A stretch of DNA of 64,000 bases from an uncultured Porphyromonas sp. (GTDB lineage Bacteria > Bacteroidota > Bacteroidia > Bacteroidales > Porphyromonadaceae): assembly GCA_963539975.1 (NCBI GenBank), contig CAUTMR010000001.1, positions 37,143 to 101,142 of the forward strand. The letters are read 5' to 3'. Positions within the stretch are counted from its first letter, which is position 1; every line of letters begins with the position of its first letter. Positions 37,462 through 46,486 of this stretch are shown one piece after another. The notes under the pieces were generated by a model. That model was not told the DNA's origin. It saw nothing but the letters and a program-made list of their open reading frames with translations, and made no database searches. The position numbers and the translations under genes are program-made.

Positions 37462-38421
37462 ATGATACTAACTCTTACAGTTATTGTACTGGGAGCAATT
37501 GCGATTATCAGTGCATTGCTACTCTATGTTGTGTCGAAGAAGTTCGAAGTACAAGAGGATCCTCGTATTGGTGCAGTGGCAGAGGTGTTACCTCAGGCCA
37601 ATTGTGGCGGTTGCGGGTATCCCGGATGTGGCGGCTTCGCATCGGCGTGCGCAGGAGCAGATTCGCTTGATGGTCTCTTTTGTCCCGTAGGAGGAGCCCC
37701 TGTGATGAGCAAGGTGGCTGAGATTTTGGGTATGGCAAGTGCAGCATCCGATCCCTTGGTTGCTGTAGTTCGTTGTAATGGTACTTGCGATGCCCGCCCT
37801 AAAGTAAATGAGTATCAGGGTGCCAGAAGTTGTAAAATAGCTTCTGTGCTCTATGCTGGTGAAACAGGGTGTTCTTTTGGTTGCCTTGGTCTAGGCGATT
37901 GTGCAGACTCTTGTGGATTCGATGCGTTGCATATGGATGCTACTACAGGGTTGCCCGTTGTGGATCAAGACAAGTGTACTTCGTGCGGAGCCTGTGTGAA
38001 GGCGTGTCCTAAGACCATTATTGAGCTGCGCAAGAGGGGATCCAAGAACCGTCGCGTCTTTGTCTCTTGTGTCAATAAAGACAAGGGTGGCGTGGCCATG
38101 AAGGCTTGTAAGAACGCTTGTATTGGCTGTGGTAAGTGTGCTAAAGAGTGTCCATTTGGTGCTATTACCGTAGAAAACAACCTAGCATATATAGACCACA
38201 TGAAGTGTCGTTTGTGCCGTAAGTGTGTGGCTGTATGTCCTACCCACGCCATCCATGAGGAGAATTTCCCTCCTCGCAAACCCGAAGCTCCAAAGGAAGA
38301 GGTTGCTAAGCCCGCTGCTCCCAAACCAGAGCAAGCTGCAGGAGCCCCCGCTAGTGAGGCTCCTAAGGTTGTGGCTCAGCCTACTGTCCCTCAGAGTGAA
38401 GCTCCACGAGCTAATGCGTAA
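37462..38421 (+). CDS. rnfB: Rnf electron-transport complex subunit B
   Basis: N-terminal TM helix, CGGCGYPGC cluster and several CxxCxxCxxxCP ferredoxin motifs. There is a 53-aa Pro/Ala/Glu-rich tail. Confidence 0.9.
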   Translation: MILTLTVIVLGAIAIISALLLYVVSKKFEVQEDPRIGAVAEVLPQANCGGCGYPGCGGFASACAGADSLDGLFCPVGGAPVMSKVAEILGMASAASDPLVAVVRCNGTCDARPKVNEYQGARSCKIASVLYAGETGCSFGCLGLGDCADSCGFDALHMDATTGLPVVDQDKCTSCGACVKACPKTIIELRKRGSKNRRVFVSCVNKDKGGVAMKACKNACIGCGKCAKECPFGAITVENNLAYIDHMKCRLCRKCVAVCPTHAIHEENFPPRKPEAPKEEVAKPAAPKPEQAAGAPASEAPKVVAQPTVPQSEAPRANA

Positions 38422-38470
38422 CACATACGTAATTTATTAGAAGGAAATACATCGATCATTTATAGATACT

Positions 38471-39802
38471 ATGCAGAGGACTTTTCGTATCGGAGGTATC
38501 CATCCTCCCGAAAGTAAGTTGTCGGCCGGGCGTCCCATAGAGGTATTGCCCTTGCCTAAGCAGGCTGTGATTCCTTTGGGGCAGCATATTGGTGCTCCTG
38601 CACAGGCAGTAGTTGCCAAGGGTGACCTAGTAAAGGTGGGGACCCTTATAGCAAAAGCAGGAGGCTTTGTTTCTGCTAATATCCATTCTTCTGTATCGGG
38701 CAAGGTAGCAAAGATAGATGCTATCTATGATGCAAGTGGGTATAAGAAGCCGGCCATCTTTATAGATGTAATAGAAGATGAGTGGGAAGAGTCTATAGAC
38801 CGCACGCCGGATATTAAGCGTGAGTGTGCTCTTTCTGCCAAAGAAATTGTAGATAAGATTGCCGAGATGGGCATTGTAGGGATGGGGGGAGCTACCTTCC
38901 CAACTCATGTAAAGCTCTCTCCTCCTCCGGGGCAAAAGGCAACTGTACTTATCATCAATGCCGTAGAGTGCGAGCCTTACCTTACGAGCGACGACGCTTT
39001 GATGCGTGAGCACGCCGAAGAAATTATGGTGGGATGTTCCATCATTATGAAGGCGATTGGGGTAACCGAAACTAAGATAGGTATCGAAGTTAATAAGCCC
39101 GAAGCTATCAGCATAATGGAGAAGGCGGCGGCCTCTTTCTCGGGTATTGAGATCGTTCCTCTCAAGAAGCGTTATCCACAAGGTGGTGAAAAGCAACTTA
39201 TCGATGCTGTAATTCGTCGCCAAGTAGCAAGTGGCGCTCTACCTATCTCTACGGGTGCTGTAGTACAAAACGTAGGTACAGTATATGCTGTTTACGAGGC
39301 TGTACAGAAGAATAAACCTCTTCTTGAGCGCGTAGTAACAGTTACGGGTAAGATGCTTCAGAAGCCCTCTAACCTCCTTGTACGCATTGGTACTCCTATG
39401 ATTGACCTTATCAATCATGCCGGCGGTATGCCCGAGGATACCGGTAAGGTAATTGGGGGGGGGCCTATGATGGGACGTGCTCTCGTTAATACGGAAGTAC
39501 CTGTAGCTAAGGGCTCTAGTGGTTTACTCCTCCTCAATCGTAAGGAGTCTACTCGCCGTCCTATGCGTGATTGTATCCGTTGTGGTAAGTGTGTGAGCGT
39601 GTGTCCTATGGGGCTTAACCCTGCCTTTATTATGCGTGATACCGTGGCTAAGAATTGGGATAACTGTGAGAAGATGAATGTGGCGGACTGTATCGAATGC
39701 GGTTCGTGTAGCTTCACCTGTCCGGCAGATCGTCCACTCTTAGATCACATTCGTATCGGTAAGCAGACAGTAATGGGCATCATGCGTTCGCGTAAACAAT
39801 AA
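38471..39802 (+). CDS. rnfC: Rnf electron-transport complex subunit C
   Basis: 443 aa. GMGGATFPT and GGGPMMG motifs and 2x[4Fe-4S] clusters (CIRCGKCVSVCP, CIECGSCSFTCP). Confidence 0.9.
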   Translation: MQRTFRIGGIHPPESKLSAGRPIEVLPLPKQAVIPLGQHIGAPAQAVVAKGDLVKVGTLIAKAGGFVSANIHSSVSGKVAKIDAIYDASGYKKPAIFIDVIEDEWEESIDRTPDIKRECALSAKEIVDKIAEMGIVGMGGATFPTHVKLSPPPGQKATVLIINAVECEPYLTSDDALMREHAEEIMVGCSIIMKAIGVTETKIGIEVNKPEAISIMEKAAASFSGIEIVPLKKRYPQGGEKQLIDAVIRRQVASGALPISTGAVVQNVGTVYAVYEAVQKNKPLLERVVTVTGKMLQKPSNLLVRIGTPMIDLINHAGGMPEDTGKVIGGGPMMGRALVNTEVPVAKGSSGLLLLNRKESTRRPMRDCIRCGKCVSVCPMGLNPAFIMRDTVAKNWDNCEKMNVADCIECGSCSFTCPADRPLLDHIRIGKQTVMGIMRSRKQ

Positions 39803-39825
39803 GAACCTCATACAGTGATTCAAGA

Positions 39826-40827
39826 GTGATGGAAAATAAATTAATCATAACGCCTTCCCCTCATATCCATAGTGGGGATAGCATCAGCAAGAATATGTAC
39901 GGGGTGCTTATCGCACTTATCCCGGCGTTCCTCTTCTCGGTGTATCAATTTGGTTGGCATGCTCTTTTGGTAACGGCTATATGTGTCGTTACGTGCTGCC
40001 TAACTGAGTGGTTTATTACCCGTTTTATGCTCCGCCGCGAGAATTATATTTTGGATGGCTCTGCTATCCTCACGGCGGTACTCCTTGCGTTTAACCTTCC
40101 TGCGGAGCTCCCTTGGTGGATTGTAGTATTTGGCGCTTTCGTTGCCATTGCTATTGGCAAGATGGCATTCGGGGGGCTTGGGAATAATGTCTTTAACCCT
40201 GCATTGGTAGGACGTGTATTCCTCCTTATTTCGTTCCCTGCACAGATGACTACTTGGCCTGTTGCCAATAAGCTCACTGCAATGGTGGATGGGGAGACGA
40301 TGGCTACGCCTTTGTCTCTTATGAAGCAGGCAATTCACGGCGATACGAGTGCCCTTGAGCAACTTCCCTCTCATCTCGATCTTTTTCTTGGGCTAAACCC
40401 CGGTTCGATGGGAGAGATTTCTGCCATAGCATTGCTTATAGGCCTTGTGTATATGCTTTGCCGTAAGATTATTACTTGGCATACTCCTATTTCGATCTTC
40501 CTCTCGGTGATTGTTTTCGGAGGTATCCTTTGGCTCATTAATCCCGAAGTTTATCCCGATCCTATCCAGCACCTAACGACCGGAGGTCTTATGCTTGGTG
40601 CCATCTTTATGGCTACGGACTATGTTTCTTCTCCCATTACGCATCGTGGACAACTCATCTATGGTTGCTGTATTGGGTTGCTAACTGTGATTATCCGTAC
40701 ATGGGGAGCCTATCCGGAGGGGATGTCGTTTGCCATTCTTATTATGAATGCCTTTACGCCCATCATTAACCTCTATGCGAAACCTAAACACTTTGGAGAA
40801 AAGATAAAGAAGGAGGCTACGAAATGA
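39826..40827 (+). CDS. rnfD: Rnf electron-transport complex subunit D
   Basis: NqrB/RnfD polytopic membrane protein. GTG at 39826 is immediately followed by ATG at 39829, so either could be the start. Confidence 0.9.
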   Translation: MMENKLIITPSPHIHSGDSISKNMYGVLIALIPAFLFSVYQFGWHALLVTAICVVTCCLTEWFITRFMLRRENYILDGSAILTAVLLAFNLPAELPWWIVVFGAFVAIAIGKMAFGGLGNNVFNPALVGRVFLLISFPAQMTTWPVANKLTAMVDGETMATPLSLMKQAIHGDTSALEQLPSHLDLFLGLNPGSMGEISAIALLIGLVYMLCRKIITWHTPISIFLSVIVFGGILWLINPEVYPDPIQHLTTGGLMLGAIFMATDYVSSPITHRGQLIYGCCIGLLTVIIRTWGAYPEGMSFAILIMNAFTPIINLYAKPKHFGEKIKKEATK

Positions 40828-41549
40828 AAAAGCTTGCATCTACATTCCCCAATATGCTCCTATCGCTTACCCTCATCTGCTTGCTTGTGGGGGCTATCCT
40901 AGGAGTTATGAAGTCGGTTACTGATGAGCCTATCGCCAAAACAGAGCTTAGCAACAAGATTGCTGCCATCGAAAAGGTTGTACCCGAGTTCGACAACAAT
41001 CCCCTTGATGAGGTACAAGAGTTTAAAGAGGGTGAGAAAGACGTTGTGAAGGTGTACGTGGCAAAGAAGGCCGGCGAAGCTGTTGGTTATGCTGTAGAAA
41101 CCTTTACCAAAAATGGTTTTGGTGGTCGTATCGACCTTATGGTAGGTTTCGATGCCAAGGGTGTTATCTGCGACTTCTCAGTGCTAAAGCATGGAGAAAC
41201 TCCGGGACTCGGTGCCAAGATGGACGAATGGTTCCATGCCGACTCCAAAGGTGGTAATATCCAAAACATGAAAGGTGTGGATATGGCTGCCGAGAATGGT
41301 ACGCTCGTGGTTGCAAAAGATGGCGGTAAGGTGGATGCCATTACAGCTTCTACCATTACAAGTCGTGCCTTCCTCGATGCTGTCAATCGTGCTTATAAAT
41401 ATTATTTAGAGGCTGCCGGTAGTGCTCCTGCCGGTGCTGAAGCTACGGATGCTTCCGTAGCTGCACCTCAAGACGAGGCTTCTACTGCAGCAGAAACCCC
41501 CTCTACTGAAGATAATGCGGCTCCTGCCGAGAAAGGAGATAACAAATGA
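40824..41549 (+). CDS. rnfG: Rnf electron-transport complex subunit G
   Basis: N-terminal TM helix and FMN-bind domain with a flavinylation-type motif DAITASTITS. Acidic Ala/Pro/Glu-rich tail. 4-nt overlap with rnfD. Confidence 0.85.
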   Translation: MKKLASTFPNMLLSLTLICLLVGAILGVMKSVTDEPIAKTELSNKIAAIEKVVPEFDNNPLDEVQEFKEGEKDVVKVYVAKKAGEAVGYAVETFTKNGFGGRIDLMVGFDAKGVICDFSVLKHGETPGLGAKMDEWFHADSKGGNIQNMKGVDMAAENGTLVVAKDGGKVDAITASTITSRAFLDAVNRAYKYYLEAAGSAPAGAEATDASVAAPQDEASTAAETPSTEDNAAPAEKGDNK

Positions 41550-42136
41550 ATCAATACGTAAAGACGCTTACTAATGGATTCATCAAGGAGAATCCTACTT
41601 TTGTACTTCTCCTTGGTATGTGTCCTACGCTGGCAACAACCACGTCGGGCAAGAATGGTCTTATGATGGGGCTTGCTACAACCTTCGTGCTTATCTGCTC
41701 GAATTTGGTTATCTCGCTTCTGAAGAAGTTGATCCCGGATGCTGTGCGTATTCCTGCATTTATCGTGGTGATTGCCGGTTTCGTAACGGTGTTGCAGCTT
41801 CTCATCCAGGCTTTCCTCCCCGATCTAAACAATAGCTTGGGTATCTTCATCCCTCTTATTGTGGTAAACTGTATCGTATTGGGTCGTGCAGAGTCGGTAG
41901 CTTCTAAGCAAAACCCTGTGCTCTCTATCCTCGACGGAGTGAGCATTGGCCTTGGTTTTACTATGTCGCTAACCATTCTGGGTTCGGTACGTGAGTTCAT
42001 CGGTTCGGGTAAGGTATTTGAGCAGCTCATTTACCCCGATTCGTATGGAGCATTGCTCTTTATCCTTCCTCCGGGAGCCTTTATGGTATTGGGCTGTCTT
42101 ATTGCTCTCTTCAACGTAATCACGAAGAAGTCTTGA
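41546..42136 (+). CDS. rnfE: Rnf electron-transport complex subunit E
   Basis: 196 aa NqrD/RnfE-type 6-TM protein. 4-nt overlap with rnfG. Confidence 0.9.
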   Translation: MNQYVKTLTNGFIKENPTFVLLLGMCPTLATTTSGKNGLMMGLATTFVLICSNLVISLLKKLIPDAVRIPAFIVVIAGFVTVLQLLIQAFLPDLNNSLGIFIPLIVVNCIVLGRAESVASKQNPVLSILDGVSIGLGFTMSLTILGSVREFIGSGKVFEQLIYPDSYGALLFILPPGAFMVLGCLIALFNVITKKS

Positions 42137-42167
42137 TGATTTGTAGAACCCTTAATACGATTGTGTT

Positions 42168-42740
42168 ATGCACTATATAATGATTATAATCGCGGCAATT
42201 TTCGTCAATAACGTCGTATTGTCGCAGTTCTTAGGGATCTGTCCCTTCTTTGGGGTATCTAAGAAGATTGATACAGCTGCCGGGATGGGTGCTGCCGTTA
42301 CGTTCGTACTTGCTATTAGTACAATGGTAACTTTCCTCATCAATCAGTTTGTATTGGTTCCCTATCAACTTGAGTTCTTGCAAACAATTGCATTCATCTT
42401 GGTAATCGCTTCGCTTGTACAGATGTTGGAGATGGTGCTTAAGAAGGTTTCTCCTCCACTTTACCAAGCGTTGGGTGTATTCCTCCCTCTTATCACTACT
42501 AACTGCTGTGTACTAGGGGTGGCTATCCTTGTAATTCAGAAAGAATTTACCTTCCTAGAGAGTTTGATTTACGCTATCTCTACAGGTTTGGGCTTCTTCT
42601 TGGCAATGGTAGTCTTTGCAGGAATTCGTGACCAAGTATCAAAAGCCAATCTCCCCAAGGCTATGAAGAATATCCCTATTGCCATGATTAGTGCCAGTAT
42701 TTTGGCTATGGCATTTATGGGATTCAGTGGTATCGCTTAA
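42168..42740 (+). CDS. rnfA: Rnf electron-transport complex subunit A
   Basis: 190 aa NqrE/RnfA-type 6-TM protein. Confidence 0.9.
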   Translation: MHYIMIIIAAIFVNNVVLSQFLGICPFFGVSKKIDTAAGMGAAVTFVLAISTMVTFLINQFVLVPYQLEFLQTIAFILVIASLVQMLEMVLKKVSPPLYQALGVFLPLITTNCCVLGVAILVIQKEFTFLESLIYAISTGLGFFLAMVVFAGIRDQVSKANLPKAMKNIPIAMISASILAMAFMGFSGIA

Positions 42741-42792
42741 TTGCTGGTCGATTCCGGAGATTCGGTAAACAACTAGATTTGAAAGAGAATGG

Positions 42793-42840
42793 AGCGGTGT
42801 TGTTCCCCATCTAGAGGGGAGCAGCACCGCTTTCTTTTTT
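42793..42840 (+). terminator. rho-independent terminator of the rnf operon
   Basis: A 16-bp stem AGCGGTGTTGTTCCCC (42793-808) / GGGGAGCAGCACCGCT (42816-31) includes two G.U pairs. TTTCTTTTTT follows. Confidence 0.8.
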
Positions 42841-42934
42841 AGGAACTTTGGGAAAGCTGCCCCATAAGAGCTAGGATTTCCCTCTCCTAGTTCGGGATAA
42901 TTTGTCCTTTCTTTCTTGTTAATGTATCATAAAT

Positions 42935-42944
42935 GGGGGGGGGG
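42935..42944. repeat. homopolymeric G10 tract (intergenic)
   Basis: Counted directly: aaat-GGGGGGGGGG-taaaac. Confidence 0.95.
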
Positions 42945-42969
42945 TAAAACCTCTTTTATAAGAAATATA

Positions 42970-42977
42970 TATCTTTG
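42970..42977 (+). promoter_or_regulatory. candidate -7 box TATCTTTG for the beta-barrel receptor gene
   Basis: This is the only TAnnTTTG match between the rnf terminator and the ATG at 43201. It would imply a leader of about 220 nt. Confidence 0.45.
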
Positions 42978-43200
42978 TACTATTCCGCTTTCTAGGTAAA
43001 AATGGAGCGGAATTCCCGCTGATTTTCATCAAGAATTTAGGCAAAACTGGTAGGGAATTTTAGGTGAAAATCGCGGAATAATTGGGCAGAATATTTTCTT
43101 CTCCTAGGCAGGAAATATTCTCCACTTCGGTAGAGAAAGGTGTAGAGCCGTAGAAGACGGAAAAAATATCTATTAAACTAGAAATAGAGAGGGTATATAT

Positions 43201-45573
43201 ATGAGACGACGATTGTTTTACCAGATAACTGTCCTTCTACTAGGAAGTGTTTCTTTGGCTTCGGCACAAAGCGTACGAGGGAGGGTATTAGACGAGAATG
43301 GGGTGCCTATCTCATTTGCTACGATGCGCCTTCTTGTGCCGCAAGACTCTACCGTTATCAATGGCGGCGTCTCCGATGCAAATGGCTCCTTTGAGGTAGA
43401 TCGTAAGGGGGCTTCTCTCCCTCTCTTGCTAAAAGGGAGCTACATGGGCATGGAAGATGTCTACCATATGATTGCAAAGGAGAGCGAGATAGAGCTACGT
43501 ATGCACCCTCTCACTAGTCAACTAGAAGAGGTAACCATAACGGCTCATCGTCCCTCACATACCCTTGTTAATGGTGGGATTAGTACAACCATTGAGGGTA
43601 CAACGTTAGCCCAATTGCCCAATATTTATCGTATGCTTGCCCAACTGCCCATGGTAGAGGTGCAAAATGAAGGTATAACGGTGCTGGGTAGAGGTACTCC
43701 CCTCATCTATATCAATGGTCGTAAGATGACCGATGCCACCGAGCTACAGCGTCTATCTCCACATCTTATTGAGAAGATAGATATTGTAACTACCCCCGAT
43801 GCACGATACTCAGCTTCGTCTCGAGCCGTTATTCTCATAACGGTGCGCCGCGAACCTGGGAGTGGGCTTAGCGGTATTGTACGAGGGGATGCTGAGACCT
43901 ATCTCCGCAAGCAGGAAAAAATAGCTTTGGGGGATTACCTCCTTGCTGACCTGAACTATCGTGTGGGGAAGTGGGATATTCTTGCTTCTGTGAGTCAGCG
44001 TAATAGTTTCTTTGTCAAGGATATGAAGGCCGACTTTTGGGGGAGAGCGGATGGCAATGAGTGGCATAATAGATCTACTTTGACTTATGAAGAAGATCGT
44101 CATCGCATTCAGTCTTCCCTTGGTCTTAGCTATACGGATGCCCTCAATAGTGCAGGGGTAAAGTACAAAGGCACGTGGGAACCTTTGTCTCAAGAGGTGC
44201 TTTCCACCGAATTGTACTCGTTACGTAACAGTGAGCCGGAAGAGAAACTTTGTAATCGGGATCATCAGCGAACCTTCCCTCATCTATCACATCGGGCTAA
44301 TGCTTACTATATTCGTAAGTTGGGCTCTTGGGAACTATCGGCAGATGGAGACTTTTACAGCTCCTCTTATAAGGGAGAGGGGACAGTGGTAGAGGGTAAG
44401 GATTTTAATCAAATTGACCGTGTTTTTATCAGTAAGAAAGGCGCTTCCAATCAGGCTTGGGGCATTCGCTCCGAAGTTCGTGGTCCCCTTTGGGGAGGAA
44501 CAAGTTCTTTGGGGATGGAGTACTCAAGGACGAAGCGAGGGGATACTTATCAAGCTGCCGCAGAGCTAAATCTCCCGAGTAATAATACCCAAATCAAAGA
44601 GCAGCAATTCGCCTTTTATCTAGGGCACTCTACGCTTATTGCCGATAAGGTGCAATGCTCGTTAGGGCTGCGCTTGGAGCGAGTAGAGAGCGATTATACC
44701 TCTCAAGGTAAGCGAGTGCCGGAGCTTAGCCGTCAGTATTTCAATCTCTTCCCTAATTTCTCTTTGGCAACTCGCCTTTGGGGAATGAATGTACAACTTG
44801 CATTTAACTCTCGCATTGAGCGTCCCCAATATTGGCAGTTGCGTTCGGATTATAGCTATATCAGCCGTTTTGAATACCAAACGGGAGAGCCCAACCTTCG
44901 CCCTGGGCTCACCTATGCTACGGAGTTTACGCTCAATCGTAAATGGATTACATTCCTTCTATCCCATCAGTATCTCAAGTATAGCATTCAGCAGATTACA
45001 ACTCGTATGCCCGATATACGAGAGGAAGGGAAGTATCGCCCCTTTACTACGCTTCTCACTCAAATCAATGAGCAGCCCTTCCATGAGATGCAAGCAATGC
45101 TTATCCTCTCCCCTAAGATTGGATTTTGGAGCCCCTCCTATACTTTTGGAGTCCTCAAACAATTTGGTTTTTATCGCTACGATTTTGAGGAGCGAGTAGC
45201 TCTTTCTAAGCCATGTATTCATATTGCTCTCAAGAATAATTTTGCTCTACCCTATGGTATCCTTTTTGGGGCTAATTTCGAACTTCTAGGATTTGGAGAT
45301 ATAGAGAATGTTTCCTTCGAGAAACCCCAGATCCGGAGTTCTTTAGAGCTGGGTAAGCAATGGTTGGGAGGAAAACTTTCGACGAATTTATACCTTTCGG
45401 ATCCCATTAGAAACGAACATTACCGCATGGTTTCTCGGTATTCTCGCCTTCTAATATCTAATTTTTACTCTCCTGAGATCTTTTTTTCCGTCTCCTATCG
45501 GTTTAATACCACAAAAAGTAATTATCGTGGGCGCGGAGCTCTCGACCGTGAGGTTAGTCGTATGAGTAGGTAG
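43201..45573 (+). CDS. outer-membrane beta-barrel receptor (CarboxypepD_reg domain plus plug-like region plus TonB-dependent-receptor-like barrel)
   Basis: 790 aa. Signal peptide with an ASA/QS cleavage context. N-terminal GRVLDENGVPISFATMRL..SDANGSFEV. The barrel has long alternating beta strands and ends in an aromatic-rich terminus. Confidence 0.8.
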   Translation: MRRRLFYQITVLLLGSVSLASAQSVRGRVLDENGVPISFATMRLLVPQDSTVINGGVSDANGSFEVDRKGASLPLLLKGSYMGMEDVYHMIAKESEIELRMHPLTSQLEEVTITAHRPSHTLVNGGISTTIEGTTLAQLPNIYRMLAQLPMVEVQNEGITVLGRGTPLIYINGRKMTDATELQRLSPHLIEKIDIVTTPDARYSASSRAVILITVRREPGSGLSGIVRGDAETYLRKQEKIALGDYLLADLNYRVGKWDILASVSQRNSFFVKDMKADFWGRADGNEWHNRSTLTYEEDRHRIQSSLGLSYTDALNSAGVKYKGTWEPLSQEVLSTELYSLRNSEPEEKLCNRDHQRTFPHLSHRANAYYIRKLGSWELSADGDFYSSSYKGEGTVVEGKDFNQIDRVFISKKGASNQAWGIRSEVRGPLWGGTSSLGMEYSRTKRGDTYQAAAELNLPSNNTQIKEQQFAFYLGHSTLIADKVQCSLGLRLERVESDYTSQGKRVPELSRQYFNLFPNFSLATRLWGMNVQLAFNSRIERPQYWQLRSDYSYISRFEYQTGEPNLRPGLTYATEFTLNRKWITFLLSHQYLKYSIQQITTRMPDIREEGKYRPFTTLLTQINEQPFHEMQAMLILSPKIGFWSPSYTFGVLKQFGFYRYDFEERVALSKPCIHIALKNNFALPYGILFGANFELLGFGDIENVSFEKPQIRSSLELGKQWLGGKLSTNLYLSDPIRNEHYRMVSRYSRLLISNFYSPEIFFSVSYRFNTTKSNYRGRGALDREVSRMSR

Positions 45574-45670
45574 GGAATGGCTCTGGGGATAATTTTCCCA
45601 CGCCAAGCTGAGGGATAGCGAAGAGCGTATAATAAGAGGGAAATAGGCCGGAGTGGTCAATTTTCTTGTG

Positions 45671-45678
45671 TACTTTTG
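45671..45678 (+). promoter_or_regulatory. candidate -7 box TACTTTTG for the patatin gene
   Basis: TAnnTTTG match 21 nt upstream of the ATG at 45699. This argues against the TTG start at 45666. Confidence 0.5.
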
Positions 45679-45698
45679 TGAAAGCAAATAAGAAGAGT

Positions 45699-46478
45699 AT
45701 GATTCGCTACAAGATAGGGTTAGCTCTCAGTGGGGGTAGTATCAAGGGGTTTGCTCACCTTGGGGTGCTCCAATATATGGATGAGATTGGGCTCAAACCC
45801 GATATAATAGCCGGTACCAGTGCCGGAGCTATCATGGGGGCTTTTTATGCCGATGGATACAGCCCCAAGGAGATATTTGAGATTTTTTCTTCTGTCGGGT
45901 TCCGAGGGATGACCTCTCTATTACCGAAGCGTGGGGGGATGTTTTCGACCAAAAACTTCATGGAGCGGCTCAAAACCTATCTCCATCACCAGAATATCGA
46001 AGAGCTGCCCATTCCGCTGCGTATTGTGGCTACCGATTTGGATAATGGTTGTCAGCATGTTTTCTCCGAGGGGGCTCTTGCTGAGCGCATCATGGCTTCT
46101 TGTAGTGTCCCTGTTCTATTTCAACCCGTCGTGATCGATCGGGTTTCGTATGTTGATGGGGGCTTATTCCGCAACTTCCCCGTCACGGTGATCCGAGAGG
46201 AGTGTGACAAGGTAATCGGGGTAAACCTAGGCCCCGAAACATTTCGTCGCTACAAGAAAACCATTAGAGGGGTGGCCGAGCGTTCGTGGCAGTTGGTTTT
46301 TCGTCAGAATACACGCATTGACAAGGAAGCTTGCGACCTCCTCCTAGAAACTTTTAAGGTAATGAAATTCGGGATGTTTGAGGTGAGTAGTGCCGCAGAG
46401 ATCATGGCGCTTGGCTATCGTATGGCACAGCGTAGTGGCATGGAGCACTTCCTACCCATACAGTTGCCCTCGGAGTAA
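45699..46478 (+). CDS. patatin-like phospholipase
   Basis: Oxyanion motif SGGSIKG, GxSxG nucleophile GTSAG, and catalytic Asp in YVDGGL. Confidence 0.85.
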   Translation: MIRYKIGLALSGGSIKGFAHLGVLQYMDEIGLKPDIIAGTSAGAIMGAFYADGYSPKEIFEIFSSVGFRGMTSLLPKRGGMFSTKNFMERLKTYLHHQNIEELPIPLRIVATDLDNGCQHVFSEGALAERIMASCSVPVLFQPVVIDRVSYVDGGLFRNFPVTVIREECDKVIGVNLGPETFRRYKKTIRGVAERSWQLVFRQNTRIDKEACDLLLETFKVMKFGMFEVSSAAEIMALGYRMAQRSGMEHFLPIQLPSE

Positions 46479-46486
46479 TCCTTCTA

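Noticed and set aside
39172-39180. Perfect DnaA-box-like TTATCCACA.
   Set aside because: It is a single copy inside the rnfC coding sequence, with no cluster and no AT-rich unwinding element, so it is not an origin.
38627-39223. 198-aa ORF antisense to rnfC.
   Set aside because: Same reasoning: it is embedded in a conserved CDS and the sequence is not protein-like.
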